A DNA stretch of 51,860 nucleotides from a virus: IMG/VR virus record IMGVR_UViG_3300050132_000142, positions 1 to 51,860 of that record; one strand, written 5' to 3'. How positions within the stretch are numbered: the stretch's first letter is position 1; each line of letters starts with the position of its first letter. The notes beneath the pieces were generated by a model. That model was not told the origin of the DNA, did no database searches, and saw only the letters and a list, made by a program, of their open reading frames with translations. The position numbers were made by a program, and so were the translations under genes. Below are positions 1 to 9,400 of the stretch, in pieces.

Positions 1-127
1 TTCCGGCAAGCTATTTTGTATGCTTCCGGTCCATCGTCATACTCTCGAACTACGGGTGACCCGGTATACAATCCCGGCTCGAACGAGTACATCAATTTCC
101 CCTCTCAGGCAACCACCAAGAGCGGGA
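1..127. repeat. Terminal direct repeat: nt 1-127 are identical to nt 51734-51860 (circular-assembly overlap or short terminal redundancy). Unique unit about 51,733 bp.
   Basis: Direct comparison of both ends (ttccggcaagctattttgtatgcttcc...caccaagagcggga). Confidence 0.95.
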
Positions 128-552
128 ACTATGATGTTGCATTCAATCCAACGGATACTGGACTGAATATTGTTCGTGCCGGTGCTCCATCTCCTAACCA
201 GTCTGGGTGGACTGCGAGATGGTTCTTTAATAATCTTGGTGCTAGTTCTGGTGTGGCAAGTGTTGCTCAGAATGCAGCCGGTACTGGTATGACTCCGGGA
301 ACGTATCCCATAACGTTCTCTAGCGGTGCTGCGGCAGGTACGGTTACAGTGACGGCAACCACCGTTACGGCTTCCGTAATCACGAATCCAGGGAATTACA
401 CAACTCCTCCGACAGCAACCATTGGGGGAACTCCAGGTGGCACACCGGCAACCTTGACAGTCACTATGTCAACAGTTTCTCAGGAAGTTCCTACAGGAGT
501 AAATCTGAGTGGGGAAACGATTCAGTTTGGAGCGGTTGTTTCCGGGTTGTAG
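1..552 (+). CDS. 3' part of a capsid-proximal virion protein (about 197 aa) whose ATG is at 51692. The gene wraps the contig junction.
   Basis: ORF 16-552 is in frame with ATG 51692 through the end repeat. It has a Gly/Thr-rich module shared with 50828-51682 and 6465-9716, and a strong terminator follows. Confidence 0.75.
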   Translation, partial: FRQAILYASGPSSYSRTTGDPVYNPGSNEYINFPSQATTKSGNYDVAFNPTDTGLNIVRAGAPSPNQSGWTARWFFNNLGASSGVASVAQNAAGTGMTPGTYPITFSSGAAAGTVTVTATTVTASVITNPGNYTTPPTATIGGTPGGTPATLTVTMSTVSQEVPTGVNLSGETIQFGAVVSGL

Positions 553-577
553 GGCCTATCGTCGCGGGTGGCCTTTG

Positions 578-606
578 GGCTGGGGTTAATCGCCCCAGCC
601 TTTTTT
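578..606 (+). terminator. Rho-independent terminator after the capsid/decoration gene cluster
   Basis: Stem GGCTGGGG / CCCCAGCC (8 bp), 7-nt loop, then TTTTTTATT. Confidence 0.8.
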
Positions 607-619
607 ATTAAGGAGCAAT

Positions 620-1648
620 ATGTCTCTAGGAACTGTAGCGATGAACTTAACTCGGTTGGTTCCAGACTCGCCATTACCACGGTGCCAGACGGCTGTGTCC
701 CGCGCATTGGAAGCGATATACAATCAAGTTGACTGGTCATGGTCCAAGGGATTCGGCGGGTGGCTGGCACCAGGGATTCTGTTCGATACTGGCAGTTTCA
801 CCACAACCCCATACTCTAATCAGGTGGTAGCAGATGCGTATGCAACAGCGGCTCTTATTGCACATACTGGTCGTCCCTTCCTGACAGAGCTACAGTATCG
901 TAATCCGGGATACGCTATTTACGATATTGTGGAATATGACTACAATACTATCAACCCCGGTTTCGTTACTCTGACTCTAGACCGGCCATGGATGGAGCCG
1001 ACAACGGGACCGGGGCAACCATTCTCCATCTATCAGGCGTATTTCGTCGCTCCTGTTCAGGACTTCAGGAAGTTCATTTCAATTCAGGACTTCACAAACG
1101 ACCAGTCAATTGACTTCTGGTCCAAGACGCAAGCTGATTTAGCAAACGATGACCCTCAGCGCCAAGACTTCTCTATTCCTCTTTATGCTGTTCCTGCTGG
1201 GATTGACCAGAGGGCTGATAGTTCTACGTATGGGTGGCAGCGTTTTGAGTTGTGGCCTCATCAGGGTAACTACTGTCCATACACGTTGAACTTCAGGCGT
1301 GAAGGACAGTTGCCACAGACTCAGAACGATTGGCAAACAATGGTTCCTCAAGCTCCAATCACTGAGCATATGCTGGAGTTTAAAGCCAAGGAGATTCTTC
1401 TTCTGGACAAGGCAGCAGAAATGGAAGTTAAGGTCCCCGGAAGTGGTAAGGGAATGATGCTTCTCTCTACTATGGCTCAGAAAACGTATTACGAATTATT
1501 TGGTCAGGTTCTTTCGATTGACCTTAATCTTGACGGAGAGAACTTGACTCGTACTCACCAGCCCGGAAAGTGGCAAGCTGGACAACCTTATGCCACTATG
1601 GGCGGATCAATCAACTTGGGTGGATACCCGAGTGGAGGAGGAGTTTAG
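620..1648 (+). CDS. Hypothetical virion protein (342 aa)
   Basis: Long ORF with SD aaggag 6 nt upstream of the ATG. Position is in the virion module directly after the capsid genes. No motif recognised. Confidence 0.7.
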   Translation: MSLGTVAMNLTRLVPDSPLPRCQTAVSRALEAIYNQVDWSWSKGFGGWLAPGILFDTGSFTTTPYSNQVVADAYATAALIAHTGRPFLTELQYRNPGYAIYDIVEYDYNTINPGFVTLTLDRPWMEPTTGPGQPFSIYQAYFVAPVQDFRKFISIQDFTNDQSIDFWSKTQADLANDDPQRQDFSIPLYAVPAGIDQRADSSTYGWQRFELWPHQGNYCPYTLNFRREGQLPQTQNDWQTMVPQAPITEHMLEFKAKEILLLDKAAEMEVKVPGSGKGMMLLSTMAQKTYYELFGQVLSIDLNLDGENLTRTHQPGKWQAGQPYATMGGSINLGGYPSGGGV

Positions 1649-1651
1649 ACC

Positions 1652-1936
1652 ATGCACTTGATTCAACTTGCACCATCGTCAACGGGGACTATTCCGGCAG
1701 TTGCGCGTACTACAACCATTCAGCCTACCGTTCCATTCCAATGGGTCACGTTCCAGAACAACGGAACCAATGCAATTCGCGTAGGGGATTCGTCTACAAC
1801 CTCGACAAAGGGAATTAACCTTACGCCGGGAGGGGCGTTTACCTTTGGACCGGCTCAGCATGAAGGACAGGATTTGAACGAGTGGTTTGTGTACATCGTG
1901 TCGGGCGACAAGTGCGACATTATGTATCAGGAGTGA
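1652..1936 (+). CDS. Hypothetical small virion-module protein (94 aa)
   Basis: ORF packed 3 nt after the previous stop, on the same strand in the operon. Confidence 0.6.
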   Translation: MHLIQLAPSSTGTIPAVARTTTIQPTVPFQWVTFQNNGTNAIRVGDSSTTSTKGINLTPGGAFTFGPAQHEGQDLNEWFVYIVSGDKCDIMYQE

Positions 1937-1938
1937 AG

Positions 1939-3480
1939 ATGAAAAGGATACTGCTTGTAGTGGCATTTTTGACGGCCTCGGCGTGGGGCCAGGTAAGCAA
2001 TCCATCTATCGTGCTTGTCACTTCTGCTCCGTCTGGAAGTTGTTCCAGTGGTCTCCCTGACGAACAGGTGATTTCGACGGGAGTTATTTATACCTGCCAA
2101 AATGATACGTGGGGATCTCTTGCAACGGGTAGTTCTGGTAATGCCGTGACGGTAAATGGAGCATCCGTTCCCGCTAATGCTCAAGTATTGGCAACGAACA
2201 GCAGCAGCCAGTTGGTTTCTCTGTCTCCTGCGACCGATGCGCAGATGCTCACACTCGATCTAAACCGATCAGATAGCTACACCGAAGACGGAACAATCGA
2301 GAGGCCCTACAAGAATCTTTCTACATTGGTTATCCCCAGCACTGGATTAGCGTCGATATTCTCAAGTCCAAACGCAAGCTATTCAATCACGGGCGTTATG
2401 GCTCCTCCTGCAATTCCGTTGACTCTCTATGGAAATAATTCTACATGGACAACGAGCGGAGGACTGACCCTGACGGCCAAGACCATTTCCTATGATCTTA
2501 TCGACGGCGGTCCCGTAACGTACAACTACGCAAGCACGGATCGCAGTGAGAAGCATGGAGGGGCGTACCTTGGAAGCGTAAACCTTGCTCAGGGTTATCT
2601 TCACGCATTCGGCTCAAATCTTAGCGGAAACAGCAACACCTTTACTGTTGGAGGGGCTTCAACAGCCGCATTGCTTTATGGCGAGGCAATCACGGGTAGC
2701 CAGAAGATTGCATCTGGCGGCGCTGGCGCTTTAATCGCTCTCTATAGCCCCAATATGACGAAGAGCAGCGGTTACAACGTCGATATGACCAATGGTGGTC
2801 AGTTGCTCTTTAGCGGTGGGATACTGAACACAGCGGCAGGAACTGCGAACATCTATCTTCCTACTGCCAATTCCCCCTCGACGTTTCACGCGATTAGCGG
2901 CCTGATTGTTGGGACCGGAACAGGCGTGAACTGCGTGAATGGCACGACTACATATGTCGCCTATGGTTTTAACCTAGCACCGGTTTCAAATTGTACATTC
3001 ATTCCCGGCTATCAAGGGCCGACAAACTTTTTAGGTAACATCACAACGCCCACTGTATTATCTGGCGCATCCCAAGGTGGTTCTGTCCCCTCAGTCAATA
3101 AATTTGTAGTGCCGTACACCCTATTTACGGCAGCCGCGACCACACAGACAGTGACAATCAGCACTCTCCCGGCACGGTCAAAAATAACAGGTATCACTGC
3201 CGACCACTCGGTAGCATTTGCTGGCCCGTCCGTAACTGCCCTGGGTTGCACGGTGGGCGGTACGTCTGGCGTGTCAGCATTTTTGGGCAGCATAAATGTG
3301 TTTGCAACGGCAGGCACAGGCTGGCTCGATGGCGGTGGTTGGACCTCTGGCAATACCCAGGCTTCGCAGCCGCTAACAGTGACTTGCACGGCTACGGGAA
3401 ATAATCTAGGCAACGGCTCAGTTACGTCGCTGACATCGGGTAGCATGGAAATCTGGGTATCAGTGGTGGTGCTGCAATGA
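1939..3480 (+). CDS. Tail fibre/spike-like protein with a Sec-type signal-peptide-like N-terminus (513 aa from ATG 1939)
   Basis: ATG 1939 is preceded by ggag. N-terminus is MKRILLVVAFLTASAWGQ. Composition is Ser/Thr/Gly/Asn-rich, repetitive and beta-rich. The track start 1882 is less likely. Confidence 0.6.
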   Translation: MKRILLVVAFLTASAWGQVSNPSIVLVTSAPSGSCSSGLPDEQVISTGVIYTCQNDTWGSLATGSSGNAVTVNGASVPANAQVLATNSSSQLVSLSPATDAQMLTLDLNRSDSYTEDGTIERPYKNLSTLVIPSTGLASIFSSPNASYSITGVMAPPAIPLTLYGNNSTWTTSGGLTLTAKTISYDLIDGGPVTYNYASTDRSEKHGGAYLGSVNLAQGYLHAFGSNLSGNSNTFTVGGASTAALLYGEAITGSQKIASGGAGALIALYSPNMTKSSGYNVDMTNGGQLLFSGGILNTAAGTANIYLPTANSPSTFHAISGLIVGTGTGVNCVNGTTTYVAYGFNLAPVSNCTFIPGYQGPTNFLGNITTPTVLSGASQGGSVPSVNKFVVPYTLFTAAATTQTVTISTLPARSKITGITADHSVAFAGPSVTALGCTVGGTSGVSAFLGSINVFATAGTGWLDGGGWTSGNTQASQPLTVTCTATGNNLGNGSVTSLTSGSMEIWVSVVVLQ

Positions 3481-4457
3481 GAGATAACCCACGTCGATTG
3501 CATCTATCTCCATACAATGCGCACTATTTTGTTGATCCTACAAACGGCTCGGACACCAATGCGGGGACCACGCCGGATGCTCCGATCAAAACGGTGCAGC
3601 CACTTATCGGTGTTGACCTATCGAGCGACTACAGGTGGATAGCCCTAAAATTGTCCGACGGCTGGCACTGGATGGACACATTTAAATGCCCAACCACGGC
3701 GGGGCCTGTGGCCGGTAATTTTACCTGCACCCTGACAGGCGCTACAGTGCAATGGCTGTACGGTGACGGGACGTATGGGGTCACAAACGCACCAAACAAA
3801 TCCTACAGCGACAACAGCACAAAAACCGTCATTGGATTTTGTGTCAGTGCTGGCGGTACATCATTGACACTAAACAACTGTAACTACGTTTCGTTCAGTT
3901 TGGCAGACCTACCAGCAGGATTGACGGCTTTGTCCTGCTTTGGCGACCCGCTTATTACGGGGAGTTTTGCATATTTACCTGATGGATTGACGAGTTTGTC
4001 CTGCTACACCTCCACACTCATTACGGGCAATATCGCTGACCTACCACATGGATTAACTCTTTTGAACTGCTCGAACGACCTACTCATTACAGGAAACCTT
4101 GCAGATCTGCCAACAGGATTGACGTATTTGTACTGCTACAGCGACCCACTCATTACAGGTCCGGTTGTTAGTCGCCCATACATCAATTTTGACACCCACA
4201 ATTGCTCGGCATTGACCACCTACACTGCCGGGGCGTTCTCCACACAAAAGAGCCTAACTCCTGTGAATCTGACTAACTGCAACCTACCGCAGGCGGCGAT
4301 TGATAACATACTGGCTGATTTGGTAACTAGCCTGAGCATTTCTGGGCGCGTGACCTGCGTTGTGTCACTAGGCGGGACAAACGCCGCGCCATCGTCAGCA
4401 GGGTACGCCAGCAAATCAACGCTCGTTTCGGCGGGTTGGACAGTCACCACCAATTAG
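3477..4457 (+). CDS. Leucine-rich-repeat-like protein in the tail module (326 aa)
   Basis: ATGA overlap with the upstream gene. Four tandem 23-aa repeats of the form LADLPxGLTxLxCxxxxLITGxx. Confidence 0.7.
   Translation: MRDNPRRLHLSPYNAHYFVDPTNGSDTNAGTTPDAPIKTVQPLIGVDLSSDYRWIALKLSDGWHWMDTFKCPTTAGPVAGNFTCTLTGATVQWLYGDGTYGVTNAPNKSYSDNSTKTVIGFCVSAGGTSLTLNNCNYVSFSLADLPAGLTALSCFGDPLITGSFAYLPDGLTSLSCYTSTLITGNIADLPHGLTLLNCSNDLLITGNLADLPTGLTYLYCYSDPLITGPVVSRPYINFDTHNCSALTTYTAGAFSTQKSLTPVNLTNCNLPQAAIDNILADLVTSLSISGRVTCVVSLGGTNAAPSSAGYASKSTLVSAGWTVTTN
3899..4165 (+). repeat. Four tandem ~69-bp coding repeats (LRR-like units)
   Basis: Repeated gacctaccaNNaggattgacNNNtttgtNctgct...attacgg units read in sequence. 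Confidence 0.7.
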
Positions 4458-4465
4458 GAGGACAC

Positions 4466-4711
4466 ATGCTAGCAATCGCAACAAACACCGTGAACGGGAT
4501 GCAAACCAACAGCGGCCCAGTACCACCGCAGGAGTGCTGGCGGATGGTCTGGACTGATGCGCAGCAAACAACTGGGGATGAGGTGACATGTCTGCTCGAT
4601 TCAACCGGCACAACCACAACGCAGGATCATTTGTATTGCGCGACAACGCGGCAAGAGTGCGCTGATTACGCGGCCACGCTGGGAATGTACGTACCGGATG
4701 ATGCAGAATAG
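4466..4711 (+). CDS. Hypothetical protein (81 aa)
   Basis: ATG 4466 with SD aggagg 5 nt upstream. In frame with track ORF 4436-4711. Confidence 0.5.
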   Translation: MLAIATNTVNGMQTNSGPVPPQECWRMVWTDAQQTTGDEVTCLLDSTGTTTTQDHLYCATTRQECADYAATLGMYVPDDAE

Positions 4712-4792
4712 TAGTTGTTCCAACATTCACGTTAGGAACGGTAACGGCTTAAGGAAATATCACTGCGTGAAGAGTTGACTGAGGAAAAAGTT

Positions 4793-6295
4793 ATGCCAAC
4801 ATTTTCATGGCTCACACAAAACTCCGCAATTGCAGCATTGCAGTCGCGGCTTAACAACTCTTCACTTTGGACGACTGCGGAGTTGTGGCAGTACATCACG
4901 GAATCTCTTCGTCACTTTAACGGCCTGTGCGAGCAGTGGAATTCCACATTCAATATCCAGAACGCAAATGGACAATGGATTAACACTGGAACGATGGCAG
5001 GTTCTCCACGGTTAAGGACGGTCACTGACCAGTATCTCTATGGGCAGATGGCCTCTATGCTGTTGGAGCCACCGCTTGTTTCTGGCGCATGGGCAGGTTC
5101 CAGCCAGTTCAATCTTGGGAATCTTCAGAATGCTCTTCAAAAGAGAACGCAGGAAGTAATCCAGCAGACCTCGTGCAATATTGCACAACTCTCTCCTATC
5201 AACGCAACTACCGGTGTACGAAATGGTTACGTTCTGGATGACACGGTCCTAGAGCCTCGTAGAAACCGTTTCTTGGCGCTAATGGCTCAAACTACCGCAA
5301 CAGCATCCTCTGGTTCGTCCACGGCCTCCTTAGGCTCGGCAGTTGGGGTTGTAGTGGGACAGGCAATCAGCGCAATAGGAATCCAGACAGGCACCTTCGC
5401 CACTTCGGTATCGGGGAACGTAGTTGGTTTAAGTTTGCCTACTACCGCTTCACTAATAGGAACGGCAATACAGTTCTACCAGCCATATTTATTGACGCGA
5501 GAAGATGTGCTGTCTTTCCAGTCCTTCGAGCCGCAATATCTCCAGACGGTCGGATACCCTCAGTCGTGGGCAGTTGCCAGTGAGCCTCCTCTATCATTCG
5601 ATGTGGACATTGCACCGACAGCACCGGGATACTTCGACATGCTGGCGCTTCAGTCTGGCCCCACATTTTCACCTCCTACAGCTTCCCTGTTAGGAGTTCC
5701 CGACGATTGGTCGATGGTCCCGATGTACGGGGCGCTTGCAGACGTTCTAGGGCAGGAAGCAGAGTCGACAGACAACGCTAGGGCGTCATACTGCTTGGAA
5801 CGCTATACCGAACTTATGGAGATGATGAAGAAGTCGAATTGGCTGCTTCAGACGCTCATCAACCAGACGGTATCGCGCCCAGTCGCGCTGGCTGATATGG
5901 ATGCACTGGCAGTGAACTGGCAGGAATCCCAAGACAATCTCCCGGCAGTAATTGAGGCCGGTCCAGACTTCATCGCTCCCTTGCCGGGGAATGGAAATCT
6001 TCTCAGTGTGACTCTGGTCGGCAACGCTCCATTGCTGGACCAGACAGGGACATACGTCCAATGCGGTAGGGATGATTGGGACGCAGTTTTGAATTACGCT
6101 CACCACGTCGCCTCGTTTAAAATGGGGAATGATGGGTTTCAGGCTACAACGCCGATGCTAAAAGCGTTCTATCAGTTCTGCGCAGATCGAAACAAACGCT
6201 GGTCAACCCAGGGAGTTTTTGTGAAATACCTTCGCTCAGAAGGAAGAAAACAGGAGGTTGCGAGTCCAAGATGGGAAGCCAAAGAGACGCAGTAA
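4793..6295 (+). CDS. Hypothetical virion protein (500 aa)
   Basis: Long ORF. ATG 4793 with gagga 7 nt upstream. The track start 4775 is a TTG. Confidence 0.7.
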   Translation: MPTFSWLTQNSAIAALQSRLNNSSLWTTAELWQYITESLRHFNGLCEQWNSTFNIQNANGQWINTGTMAGSPRLRTVTDQYLYGQMASMLLEPPLVSGAWAGSSQFNLGNLQNALQKRTQEVIQQTSCNIAQLSPINATTGVRNGYVLDDTVLEPRRNRFLALMAQTTATASSGSSTASLGSAVGVVVGQAISAIGIQTGTFATSVSGNVVGLSLPTTASLIGTAIQFYQPYLLTREDVLSFQSFEPQYLQTVGYPQSWAVASEPPLSFDVDIAPTAPGYFDMLALQSGPTFSPPTASLLGVPDDWSMVPMYGALADVLGQEAESTDNARASYCLERYTELMEMMKKSNWLLQTLINQTVSRPVALADMDALAVNWQESQDNLPAVIEAGPDFIAPLPGNGNLLSVTLVGNAPLLDQTGTYVQCGRDDWDAVLNYAHHVASFKMGNDGFQATTPMLKAFYQFCADRNKRWSTQGVFVKYLRSEGRKQEVASPRWEAKETQ

Positions 6296-6465
6296 GCAGA
6301 GAAGAAGCCTTCAAGGAAATAGGAGAAGGCAAGACATTCAAGAAGAAAAAGAAGAAGCATGGAACTAAGGTAGCCAATAAGCAGAGGGTTGCAATTTATT
6401 TCAGTAAGGCTCGTCGTGGCGAGTACGGTAAGAAGGCAAAGAGTAAAGCAGATCGAGGCAAGTAG
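6271..6465 (+). CDS. Small, extremely basic Lys-rich protein (64 aa)
   Basis: SD aggagg 13 nt upstream. The stop overlaps the GTG of the next gene (TAGTG). Contains KKKKKKH and KKAKSKADRGK. Confidence 0.5.
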   Translation: MGSQRDAVSREEAFKEIGEGKTFKKKKKKHGTKVANKQRVAIYFSKARRGEYGKKAKSKADRGK

Positions 6466-9400
6466 TGGAAAAAGGAATTAGGTTAGACATTGCGGGTGGT
6501 ATCAATACGGTATCGTCGCCCGATCAGATCGAGGCGAACGGTGAAGGAATACCCTACGCTCAGAACGTGCGCCGAAATCGCAAGTCTATGACTGTTGCTC
6601 GGTATCCTCTTGGGTCTAACCTTCTATCCTCTCCATTGTCTAATGGGATTACATCAGTTGCTCGGTTAAATGATCCCTATCAGTCTCCCACTCCATACTC
6701 GTACCTTAGTGGATCAAATGGAAGTCTGTATGTTGGCACGTCTCAAGTAGCATCTGGACTGAGTGGTAAACCTCTATCATTTCTACCTTATCGCCCTCCA
6801 TCCAGCCCTAGACCGTTTGATTACATTGCCGACCCATCTCTTGCGGTTACGATTCCTGCTTACATGGCTTCTGGATATGGACCTGTGTCTGGAATGCTCA
6901 AGGTTAGAGCAGATGGAGAAACATACAAGACTGGTATCAAGGAGCCACAAGTAGCTCCTAATATTACGACTGCAACTGGGACAGGGCCTAATTGGGTCAC
7001 ATATCGCTATGTCTACCGTGACAAGAACACAGGTGCCGTATCCAATTCATCACCAGAATCTGTTCCTCAGATTGTTCCTCAGTCTAGCAGCTCTGCTTCT
7101 ATTGGGGCTGGTCAATATGCAACAAATCTTATATTTGATTCTTCTCAATATGAGTACAATAACTTTGATAGCAGGGGAGACAATATAAGGACAAAGGGAA
7201 TTGCTGCCGGAACACTAACAAATTACATCCAAGCCTATGGATTTGGTCTTAGCGTACCGGATGGAGTGACAATTGATGGAATAGGAATATCTCTAAGTTG
7301 GTGTGGTCAGAATAGCGGAACAGGAGTTTTGTCGAATGTGGCTCTATTCTATCAAGGGACAATTCTTGGAGAGGCAAAGTCTCCTGGGACACTAAACCAG
7401 CAGACTACGACCACTGCTAATCAAGGTGGTGGTGATGATCCTTGGGGAGCGACACTTACTCCAGCAATAGTTAATGACACTACGTTCGGTTTTGGAGTGC
7501 AAATTCTTACAGAAGAGTCTGGTGGCACTGACCGTTCGTTCATGTTTACGTGGACAATCACCGTATACTATACGACGCAATCATCCACTGGGACATGCAC
7601 CTCGTCAATAGACCCTCAGGTAAATACAATTGACGTGTATCGTCAGACTCCTGGGCTAGACAATTTTACCTATGTTCTATCGGTAGACAATTCGTCCCCT
7701 TCTTTTACTGACACATTGAGCGATCTTACAATCGCGGAAAATCAGACTCTAAATTACAACAACTATGAGCCATTTCCTTCGATTGACTTACCGCGATCTG
7801 GAACGTGCAATGTGGTTGCAATGAATCAGAAGGTAACTGGGATAGGGATTAGTTCTCCGGGAAGTGGCCAGACCGATGGAACATATACTATTCCTTCTTC
7901 TGGAGGTGGAGGAAACGGGGCTACTGTACAGATCGTAATTTCCGGTGGTGTTATTAGCTCATCTACCCCCCCTATTGTTCTTACTCCAGGATCGGGATAC
8001 ACATCTGTACCAACATTCCCAGTTGCTCACGGCGGAACTCCTGGGACATTGTTGGCAACAATTGGACCCGTTTCTCCTGGAGCTGTAAATGTCACGTGGG
8101 TAAGTGGAGATAAATTCAATATCCGCTGGTTGCCAGGAACGGACATACTCATAAATGGTATAGCCTACCTCCTGTACAATAGGCCAACTTCAGATACGCA
8201 GATGGAAGTCTATACCACAACAACTTCAGCCACGGGGTTCATTAGCTTTGGATACCCTCCTTCTGCGACAGGAGCAACTTGGCAGATTAACGAGCCAGAT
8301 TTAGCTGCTGAACCTTCTCCTGTACTTTGGGGTCCAACACCTGATAGTGGTGGTGGCTCGTTCATGATGGGCCTTGATCCTCTCAACCCTGGTGACTTGC
8401 TCACTTCGATGGGGAATAACTTCGACTCAGCGCCAAGCTCTCAAAGGCTTTATATTTGTAGCCCATCGGAGGGTTTGGTAAATGGAATTGTTACATCTGA
8501 GCTTCATGTTGTTTTTTCACCAGAACGGTTCTGGCTACTGTACGCAAACTCTTCCGATGCTGTAGCGACGGTAACAGGCACAACAGGTCCGCTGTGGACG
8601 CCTGTGCAAGCGGCATCGACTCGCGGACTATATATGCGCTATGCGTTGGCTGGGATGGGAAGCATGATAGCGTGGCGAGCAAAGGATGGAGTCTTCGTAT
8701 CACAGGGAGGAGGACCGGAGCAGGACATTTCAGCAAACATCTACAACCTATTCCCTCATGGTGAACCTGAAGGACCGTCAACGGTGGTTATTGGCGGCCA
8801 GACGATCTATCCTCCCGATGATACTAAGCCTAATGCACAGACCATGGCTTGTGTCCCCGGATACATCTTCTATGACTATCAGGACACTACGGGTACTCCG
8901 CGAACGCTTGTTTACGATATGGAAGCAAAGGGATGGGTGGTTGATTCCTACATGCCTACAGTGAACTGCCATGCACTTGCGACCGGAGTGAACCAGATTC
9001 TTTGCGGATGCACAGACGGAACAATTAGAGCATTTGATGCGTTAGGCACTGAAACTGGAACCGCAATGATGATTACGCGATGCGAAGGTAAGGGGAGCAC
9101 ACGCATCGTAAAGCGTATCGGAGGTGTATTCCTTCGCGCCGTGGCAGCAAGCGCCGTGACGATGGCTTTCTGGGCCAACAGACTGCAAACGGCTATCACT
9201 GGATTCTCTCCATCTACGGCGGGTACGGGAGCGATGGAAAACGATTATCTAGTTGACTTCACATCGGCGACAAATGCTGATGTGAAAGACTTGGCCTGCC
9301 AGTTCTCTTGGGCGCTCGGAAGTGGTAACATTCTGAGCGAGTGGCAACCGGACTGGACCTTCCTTCCTGCTGCGGTTATCGGATGGAAGACTGGTCTTCT

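Noticed and set aside
3012-3503. Long antisense ORFs inside large virion and lysis genes (also 13669-14274, 20981-21451, 28790-29230, 41943-42416)
   Set aside because: These are shadow ORFs opposite strongly supported genes, with low-complexity or Arg/Ser/Pro-rich translations and no start-site context.
6271-6295. Programmed ribosomal frameshift linking the 500-aa gene to the Lys-rich 64-aa frame
   Set aside because: No slippery heptamer is visible at the overlap, and the small ORF has its own AGGAGG and ATG. Independent initiation is the simpler explanation.
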